A DNA stretch of 64,000 bases, taken from contig CBDDPY010000002.1 in assembly GCA_965232515.1 (NCBI GenBank), positions 512,001 through 576,000 on the forward strand, in the 5' to 3' direction. The notes beneath the pieces are model-generated. The model saw only the letters and a list, made by a program, of their open reading frames with translations. It made no database searches and was not told where the DNA came from. Shown here piece after piece: positions 56,466-64,000 of the stretch. Numbering within the stretch: the stretch's first letter is position 1; the number at the start of each line of letters is the position of its first letter. This DNA is from Alphaproteobacteria bacterium. Its GTDB lineage: Bacteria > Pseudomonadota > Alphaproteobacteria > GCA-2731375. A program made the translations under genes and the position numbers.

Positions 56466-57406
56466 CGGACGCCGCCCACGATAAGGCGACGGTGATCGCG
56501 GCCGAGGCGGTCGAGCCGGCCCTGGAACGGGTCGAAACGCCGTTCCGCCGGTTCCTGGCCGACTTCTTCGCCAGCAAGGTCGCGACCGTCGCCTTCGTAC
56601 TGCTCTGCGGGATCATCTTTATCGCGGTGTTCGCGCCCTGGATCTCGCCGACCGATCCCTACGACCTGGCGACAGTCAGCGTGATGGACGCCCGCCTGCC
56701 GCCGGGGGCGCAAACCTTCGATGGCGCCACCACCTTCTGGCTCGGCACAGACGGCTCCGGCCGGGACATGGTGAGCGCGATCTTCTACGGCCTGCGCACC
56801 AGCCTCAGCGTCGGTGTGATGAGCGGCATCATCGCGCTGTTGTTGGGCACGAGCGTCGGCCTGACGGCGGCCTATTTTGGCGGCCGGGTCGACGCCGTGA
56901 TTATGCGGGTCGTCGATCTGCAGCTCAGCTTTCCGGCGATCCTGGTAGCGCTCGTTCTGCTGGCCGTGGTCGGGCAGGGGGTCGACAAGATCATCGTCGC
57001 GTTGGTCGTCGTGCAGTGGGCCTACTATGCGCGGACTGTGCGCGGCAGCGCGCTGGTCGAGCGCTCGAAGGAATATGTCGAAGCCGCCACCTGCCTGGCA
57101 TTGAGCCATCGACGCATCGTCTTCCGCCACATGCTGCCGAACTGCCTGCCGCCGCTGATCGTCGTCGGCACCGTACAGACGGCGTCGGCCATCGCGCTTG
57201 AGGCGACGCTGAGCTTCCTCGGCGTCGGCCTGCCGCAGACCGAGCCGTCGCTCGGCCTGCTGATCGCGAACGGCTTCGATTACATGCTGAGCCTGAAATA
57301 CTGGATCAGCTTCTATCCCGGCCTGGCGCTCTTGCTGACCATCATCGCGATCAACCTGGTGGGCGATCAGCTGCGCGACGTGCTGAACCCGCGGCTGCAG
57401 AAATAG
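56462..57406 (+). CDS. Peptide ABC transporter permease (DppC-like)
   Basis: ATGA overlap; LGTDGSGRD, GLRTSL, EYVEAA, HMLPN, EATLSFLG, GDQLRD. Confidence 0.95.
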   Translation: MTDAAHDKATVIAAEAVEPALERVETPFRRFLADFFASKVATVAFVLLCGIIFIAVFAPWISPTDPYDLATVSVMDARLPPGAQTFDGATTFWLGTDGSGRDMVSAIFYGLRTSLSVGVMSGIIALLLGTSVGLTAAYFGGRVDAVIMRVVDLQLSFPAILVALVLLAVVGQGVDKIIVALVVVQWAYYARTVRGSALVERSKEYVEAATCLALSHRRIVFRHMLPNCLPPLIVVGTVQTASAIALEATLSFLGVGLPQTEPSLGLLIANGFDYMLSLKYWISFYPGLALLLTIIAINLVGDQLRDVLNPRLQK

Positions 57407-57416
57407 GCGGAACGAC

Positions 57417-58402
57417 GTGACGGCCGATACACCAACGCTCGATGTCCGGGGACTGAAGACCCACTTCTTTACCAAGTTGGGCGTGGTCAAGGCCGTCGAC
57501 GGCATCGACTTCACCGTCAGAAGCGGCGAGATCATGGGCCTGGTCGGCGAGTCCGGGTCCGGCAAGTCGGTGACCGGGTTTTCCGTGATCGGCCTGGTCG
57601 ACCCGCCCGGCCGGGTCGCCGGCGGCGAAATCCGCTTTGACGGCGAGGATCTGGTGCAGGCGAACGAGGAGCGCTTGCGGCAGCTGCGCGGCAATCGCGT
57701 CGCCATGATCTTCCAGGATCCGATGATGACGCTCAATCCGGTGTTGCGTATCGACACGCAGATGATCGAGACCGTGCAGGCGCATAACGACGTCGACCGC
57801 GAGACGGCGCGACAGCGGGCGCGCGACGCGCTCGGACAGGTGGGCATCCCGTCGCCAGACGAGCGCCTGCAGGCCTATCCGCACCAGTTCTCGGGCGGCA
57901 TGCGGCAGCGTGTGGCCATCGCCATCGCGCTGATCAACAAGCCGGAGCTGATCATCGCCGACGAGCCGACGACCGCGCTCGACGTCACCATCCAGGGGCA
58001 GATCCTCTACGAGGTACAGAAGCTCTGCCGTGAGACCGGCACGGCGCTGATCTGGATCACGCACGATCTCGCCGTCGTCGCCGGTCTCGCCGACCGCGTC
58101 TGCGTCATGTATGCCGGCCGCATTGTCGAGAAGGGCGGCGTCGACGACGTGCTGGATCATCCGACGCATCCCTATACGCGCGGCCTGATCGGCTCGGTGC
58201 CGAGCCACAATCAGCGCGGCCGGCGGCTGACGCAGATCCCCGGCATGACGCCGTCGCTGTTGAACCTGCAGCCGGGCTGCGCGTTCCGCGCCCGCTGTCC
58301 GCGCGCCGACGAGGCTTGCATGGCCGAACCCGGGATTTCCGAACCCTTAGCGGGCCGCGAGGTCCGTTGCTTCCATCCCCATGTCGAGGAGGTCGCGGCC
58401 TG

Positions 58403-58403
<1 letters not shown>
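57417..58403 (+). CDS. Peptide ABC transporter ATP-binding protein (DppD-like)
   Basis: [32 protein letters not shown]-terminal Cys motif. Confidence 0.96.
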
Positions 58404-59404
<1,001 letters not shown>

Positions 59405-59407
59405 GGC

Positions 59408-60271
59408 ATGGTCGAAGCGCTGCATATCGAGGGTGTCCTGCGCCGCGTCGCGCCGGACCGTCGGCCGCTGCCGGTCGTGTTGGATTCACCGCATAGCGGC
59501 AAGCACTATCCGGACGATCACGGCGCGGCCGTGCCGGCGTCCGTGATGCAGGGCGGCGAGGACGTCTATGTCGACGAGCTGTTCGGCGAAGCCCCGCGCC
59601 ACGGCGCCGTATTCCTGTATGCGCTGTTCGCGCGCACCTATATCGATCCCAATCGGGACGAGGCGGACATCGACACATCTCTGCTGGCCGATGAATGGAC
59701 GGGGCCGATCAATACCACCTTCAAGCAGGAGCTGGGCAAGTCGCTGATCTGGCGGCTGACGGCGAACAGCCGGCCGATTTACGACCGCAAGCTGCCGGCC
59801 TCGGAGGTAAAGGCGCGCATCGAGCGCTATTGGCGGCCCTATCACGACGCTCTGGACGAGGCGCTCGACAGCCTGCATGGACAATACGGCGCGGTCTGGC
59901 ACATCAACTGCCATTCCATGCATTCGATCGCCGGCCGTAACCAGGTCGATTACGGGCAGCGGCGGCCAGATTTCACGATCAGCGACCGGCTGGGCAAGAC
60001 CTGCGAGCCCGAATTCATGGCCGTCGTCGTCGATTGCCTTAGCGACAAGGGCTACGACGTGCGCGTCAACGATCCCTATCAGGGCGCCGAGATCGTCCGC
60101 CGTTACGGCCGGCCCGACGAACAGCGGCACAGTCTGCAGATTGAGATCAACCGCGCGCTTTATGTTGAGGAGCGCAGCCAGCGGAAGCATGACGGCTTTG
60201 AAAAACTGCGCGCGGATCTCGGCGATCTCGTCGCGGCGGTTTGCGATTTCGCCAGGTCCCGCGTAGCCTAA
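59408..60271 (+). CDS. N-formylglutamate amidohydrolase family protein
   Basis: DSPHSG, EDVYVD, RTYIDPNR, YWRPYH, NCHSM, NDPYQG, LQIEINRALY. Confidence 0.92.
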   Translation: MVEALHIEGVLRRVAPDRRPLPVVLDSPHSGKHYPDDHGAAVPASVMQGGEDVYVDELFGEAPRHGAVFLYALFARTYIDPNRDEADIDTSLLADEWTGPINTTFKQELGKSLIWRLTANSRPIYDRKLPASEVKARIERYWRPYHDALDEALDSLHGQYGAVWHINCHSMHSIAGRNQVDYGQRRPDFTISDRLGKTCEPEFMAVVVDCLSDKGYDVRVNDPYQGAEIVRRYGRPDEQRHSLQIEINRALYVEERSQRKHDGFEKLRADLGDLVAAVCDFARSRVA

Positions 60272-60282
60272 CGGCACAAATC

Positions 60283-61365
60283 ATGTCCGTTCGCTCGTAC
60301 TTTTCCGAAACTTATGCCGACGCGCGCGCCAAATTCGTCGCGGCTTGCGCCGACGCTGGCCTCGAGATGGAGAGCCATCGCCATCCGCTGACCGGGCCGG
60401 ATGACGGGCCGCTGTTCGTCGATGTGGTGCGCATGGGGCCGGCAGACGCGACAAAGCTGTTGCTGACGGTCTCGGCCACGCACGGGGTCGAGGGCTTTTG
60501 CGGTTCGGGGTGCCAGATCGGCTGGCTCAAGGAAGAGCTCTGGCGTGAGTTGCCGGGCGGCGTCGGCATGCTGATGGTGCATGCCATCAACCCCTACGGC
60601 TTTGCCTGGATCCGGCGGGTCAACGAGGACAATGTCGATCTGAACCGCAACTTCGTCGACCATGACGCCGCGCCGGCGGACAATCCGGGCTATCGCGAGC
60701 TGGCCGATACGCTGTGCCCGGCCGAGTGGGATGAGGCCTCGGCGAAGCTGACGCGCATCGCCTCGCAGGCCTTCATCGATCGGCACGGGGACCGGGCGTT
60801 CGTGGCGGCCGTCAGCAGCGGTCAGTACAGCCACGCCGACGGGATCTTCTACGGCGGAAGCAATCCGGTCTGGTCGAACCGGCTGATGCACGAGATCTGC
60901 AAGCGCGAGTTGGCCGACGTTCGGCGACTGGCGGTGATCGACTTCCACACCGGCCTCGGCCCCTATGGCTACGGCGAGCTGATCTGCCGGCATCCGCCCG
61001 ACAGCGATGCGCTGGCCCGGGCGCGGCGCTGGTACGGCGACTCCGTCACCTCACCCAGCATGGGCCAGTCGGCCTCGCCGGTGATTGACGGCAACCTGCG
61101 CATGGCCCCCGTCGGCTGGCTGCCGGATACGCAGGTCACCTCGACAGCGATCGAGTACGGCACCTATCCGGAAGACCGGGTGTTCGACGCCATCCGCGCC
61201 GACAACTGGCTGCACCTGCACGGCGACCTGACGACGCCGAAGGGCCGGGCGATCAAGGCGGAGATGCGCGAGATGTTCTATCCGGCCGCCGACGACTGGA
61301 AGGAAATGGTCTGGGAACGCGCGGTGCAGGTGCAGCGCCAGGCCCTGCGCGGCCTGGCCGGTTAG
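60283..61365 (+). CDS. DUF2817 / M14-like metallopeptidase
   Basis: [57 protein letters not shown]. Confidence 0.88.
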   Translation: MSVRSYFSETYADARAKFVAACADAGLEMESHRHPLTGPDDGPLFVDVVRMGPADATKLLLTVSATHGVEGFCGSGCQIGWLKEELWRELPGGVGMLMVHAINPYGFAWIRRVNEDNVDLNRNFVDHDAAPADNPGYRELADTLCPAEWDEASAKLTRIASQAFIDRHGDRAFVAAVSSGQYSHADGIFYGGSNPVWSNRLMHEICKRELADVRRLAVIDFHTGLGPYGYGELICRHPPDSDALARARRWYGDSVTSPSMGQSASPVIDGNLRMAPVGWLPDTQVTSTAIEYGTYPEDRVFDAIRADNWLHLHGDLTTPKGRAIKAEMREMFYPAADDWKEMVWERAVQVQRQALRGLAG

Positions 61366-62132
61366 GGCACGAACTGTTCGTTGAGGATGCGTTCTTCCAG
61401 GCTGTGCTCGGCGTCGAACAGCATGTAGAGGTCGATGGAATCGTCTTCGACGACGCTGACCGACATCACGTCGCGGAACTCGGTGTTGTCGGCGACGGCG
61501 CTCACCGGCCGCTTGCGGCCCTCCAGGATCTCGAAATGCACCTTGGCGCTGCGCGGCAGCAGGGCGCCGCGCCAGCGCCGGGGACGGAAAGCGCTGATCG
61601 GCGTCAATGCCAGGGTGCCGGCGTCGAGCGGGATGATGGGCCCATGCGCCGACAGGTTGTAGGCCGAACTGCCGGCCGGGGTCGCCACCAGCACGCCGTC
61701 GCAGATCAGCTCGGGCATGCGGACTTTGCCGTCGATTGAGATCTCGATCTTGGCGGCCTGTCGGGTTTCCCGGAACACCGAAACCTCGTTGATGGCCAGC
61801 GCCTCGTGATGCCGGCCCTCCTTGTCCTCGACCGCCATGCGCAAGGGGTGCAGGACTGTGCATTTGGCCTCGTCAAGCCGTTCGAGCAGGCCGCCGATGC
61901 GGAACTTGTTCATCAGGAAGCCGATGGTGCCGCGGTTCATGCCGTAGATCGGCTTCTTCAGCGACATGAACTCGTGCAGGGTCTTCAGCATGAAACCGTC
62001 GCCGCCCAGCGCGACGATCACATCGGCTTGCTCGGGCTGGACGTCCGGATAACGGTTGCGCAGGCTTTCCAGAGCCTCCTCGGACTGCGGCGAGCCGCTG
62101 GCGACGAAGGCGATCTTTCGTTGTTCTGACAC
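61362..62132 (-). CDS. nadK: NAD kinase
   Basis: [44 protein letters not shown]. Confidence 0.96.
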   Translation of the reverse strand: MSEQRKIAFVASGSPQSEEALESLRNRYPDVQPEQADVIVALGGDGFMLKTLHEFMSLKKPIYGMNRGTIGFLMNKFRIGGLLERLDEAKCTVLHPLRMAVEDKEGRHHEALAINEVSVFRETRQAAKIEISIDGKVRMPELICDGVLVATPAGSSAYNLSAHGPIIPLDAGTLALTPISAFRPRRWRGALLPRSAKVHFEILEGRKRPVSAVADNTEFRDVMSVSVVEDDSIDLYMLFDAEHSLEERILNEQFVP

Positions 62133-62271
62133 GTATTCCCCCGAAGACTAGAAACGACACCCCTGCCGCCGTCGCAGTATAGCCAACCCGTTCAATGCCG
62201 TCAGGCCAGCGTGGCGTGATAGCTTGGGCGTCGCCATAATGGCCGTTCACGCGTCGCCGAGGGTAAGTCAC

Positions 62272-62760
62272 ATGATCATTTCCACTGATTTGCGCCGGGC
62301 CGCCGGCATCGCTCTGCTGATGGCCGCGATCTGGCCGGCCGCTGCCGTCGCCGAGGACCGGCATGCCGGCTATTACTACCCCGATATCATGTCCGAAGAG
62401 ACGTATCGCGCCCGCGCGCAGACCATGCCGGACGCGGACAGGGAAGTCCGCCTTGGATTCGTCAGCGCCCATACGGCCGAGCAGATGGGGCGCGATTATC
62501 CGCCGCGTTATGCGCTCTTTGCCAAAGGAGAGGACGCCGAAAAACTGATAATCGTCGGCCTGGACGACAGTTTCTCGACTTTGTTTCGGGCCCGCGGCGT
62601 CCTGGCCCAGCTAACGGCGCAGGCGCGGACCACGACACTGTTTCGCAACCTCGCGGTGGAGGACTTCTTCACCTTTTTCGATCTCGCCAAGATGCTGGGC
62701 TTTGAGCAAATCACCGTCACGGACGGCAACGACTACGCGCACCGCATCGATATCGAGTGA
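62272..62760 (+). CDS. Conserved exported hypothetical protein next to moaA
   Basis: Signal peptide ending AVA; DRHAGYYYP, LFAKG, TFFDLAKMLGF. Confidence 0.75.
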   Translation: MIISTDLRRAAGIALLMAAIWPAAAVAEDRHAGYYYPDIMSEETYRARAQTMPDADREVRLGFVSAHTAEQMGRDYPPRYALFAKGEDAEKLIIVGLDDSFSTLFRARGVLAQLTAQARTTTLFRNLAVEDFFTFFDLAKMLGFEQITVTDGNDYAHRIDIE

Positions 62761-62767
62761 CGATGAT

Positions 62768-63754
62768 TTAGCCGCCGGTCACGCTCATATGACGGGAGAC
62801 GGCGGGCTGGTTGCGGCGGCGGTCGATGATGAAATCGTGACCCTTTGGCTTGCGTGAAATGGCTTCGTCGATCGCATCGGCCAAGACCGCGTCGTCGCCT
62901 GTCCGTAGCGGTTCCCTGAGGTCGGCGGCGTCGTCCTGCCCGAGGCACATATAGAGCGTGCCGGTACAGGTCAGGCGCACACGGTTGCAGGATTCACAGA
63001 AATTGTGGGTCATGGGGGTGATGAAGCCGAGCCGCCGCCCGGTCTCGCGAACGCGAACATAGCGCGCCGGACCGCCGGTCTGGTAATCGATATCTTCCAG
63101 CATCCAGTGTTCCATCAGCCGGCTGCGGACGAGCGACAACGGCAGATACTGGTCCGTCCGATCACCGTCGATATCGCCAAGGGGCATCGTCTCGATCAGG
63201 GTCAGATCGAGGCCTTCGTCGCCGCACCAGCGGATCATGTGATCGATTTCGTGCTCGTTCACATCCTTCAGCGCCACGGCATTGATCTTAACCGCCAGGC
63301 CGGCGGATTGCGCGGCGCGGATGCCGGCCATGACCTTGTCGAGCTTGCCCCAGCGGGTGATGGCCAGGAATTTGTCGGGGTCGAGCGTGTCGAGAGAGAC
63401 GTTCACCCGGCGCACGCCGCAATCGTAGAGTTCCTCGGCAAACCGGGAGAGTTGACTGCCGTTCGTGGTGAGCGTCAGCTCGTCCAGGTCGCCGGACTGT
63501 AGATGCCGGCCAAGCTGGCGGAACAGCCACATAATGTCTCGCCGCACCAACGGCTCGCCACCGGTCAGCCGCAGCTTGCGGACACCCTTGGCGACAAAGG
63601 CGCTGCACAACCGGTCCAGCTCCTCGAGGCTCAAGACGTCTTTCTTCGGTAGAAACGTCATGTCTTCCGCCATGCAGTAGACGCAACGGAAGTCGCAGCG
63701 GTCCGTGACGGACACGCGCAGATAGGAGATGTGACGCCCAAATGGATCGATCAT
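62768..63754 (-). CDS. moaA: GTP 3',8-cyclase
   Basis: [42 protein letters not shown]-terminal MSVTGG. Confidence 0.98.
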   Translation of the reverse strand: MIDPFGRHISYLRVSVTDRCDFRCVYCMAEDMTFLPKKDVLSLEELDRLCSAFVAKGVRKLRLTGGEPLVRRDIMWLFRQLGRHLQSGDLDELTLTTNGSQLSRFAEELYDCGVRRVNVSLDTLDPDKFLAITRWGKLDKVMAGIRAAQSAGLAVKINAVALKDVNEHEIDHMIRWCGDEGLDLTLIETMPLGDIDGDRTDQYLPLSLVRSRLMEHWMLEDIDYQTGGPARYVRVRETGRRLGFITPMTHNFCESCNRVRLTCTGTLYMCLGQDDAADLREPLRTGDDAVLADAIDEAISRKPKGHDFIIDRRRNQPAVSRHMSVTGG

Positions 63755-63899
63755 TTGCCTGTATCACCCCACGTCCACGATCAGATGCCGCGGATCAAAC
63801 TGCGTTTTCAGGCAATATAACGATGCCGGGGCGAAATTTCGCCCCTAACCGACAAAGGGATATTGAGGATTGGTCCCGGTCTGCGGGGCGAGACTATGG

Positions 63900-64000
63900 T
63901 TAACGGTCTTCGAACAGCTCGCGCAGCGCGGCCAGATAGTCGGGATCGCGCAGCCATTTGCGCAGCACCAGCTGGGCGTCGTCGGCGCTGATGCGGTCAT
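63900..64000 (-). CDS. 3' end of an unidentified CDS cut by the window edge
   Basis: Reads ...DRISADDAQLVLRKWLRDPDYLAALRELFEDR, stop TAA at 63900-63902, high-GC3 codon usage. Confidence 0.55.
   Translation of the reverse strand, partial: DRISADDAQLVLRKWLRDPDYLAALRELFEDR

Overview
High-GC bacterial chromosomal window. Gene content and intergenic palindrome families point to an alphaproteobacterium, probably Rhodospirillales-like (inference). It is densely coding, with about 68 CDS including two cut by the window edges. I found no rRNA, tRNA, CRISPR array, integrase or transposase. Housekeeping and metabolic genes: glcB, a cystathionine beta-synthase plus gamma-lyase/synthase pair, folB, nadK, moaA. 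Many small regulator/target cassettes (Lrp-acdS, TetR-cytochrome P460, three LysR, GntR, ArsR, ECF sigma), several with operator-like palindromes visible in the DNA. Best leads: (1) a three-gene split-beta Co-type nitrile hydratase/thiocyanate hydrolase-like operon with a mixed active-site signature, divergent from a DddP-like M24 enzyme; (2) two full-length paralogues of an uncharacterised exported four-Cys protein with tandem [D/N]PFA linker motifs, about 10 kb apart; (3) a candidate anti-Shine-Dalgarno sRNA at about 42.5 kb; (4) a 12-kb peptide-ABC catabolic cluster with four different metallo-amidohydrolases; (5) a TetR-controlled cytochrome P460 apparently lacking the distal Glu; (6) an EF-hand/ECF sigma/anti-sigma module; (7) several families of non-autonomous palindromic repeats. 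All family calls come from motif recognition by eye, with no database search. Start codons were often trimmed relative to the ORF track.
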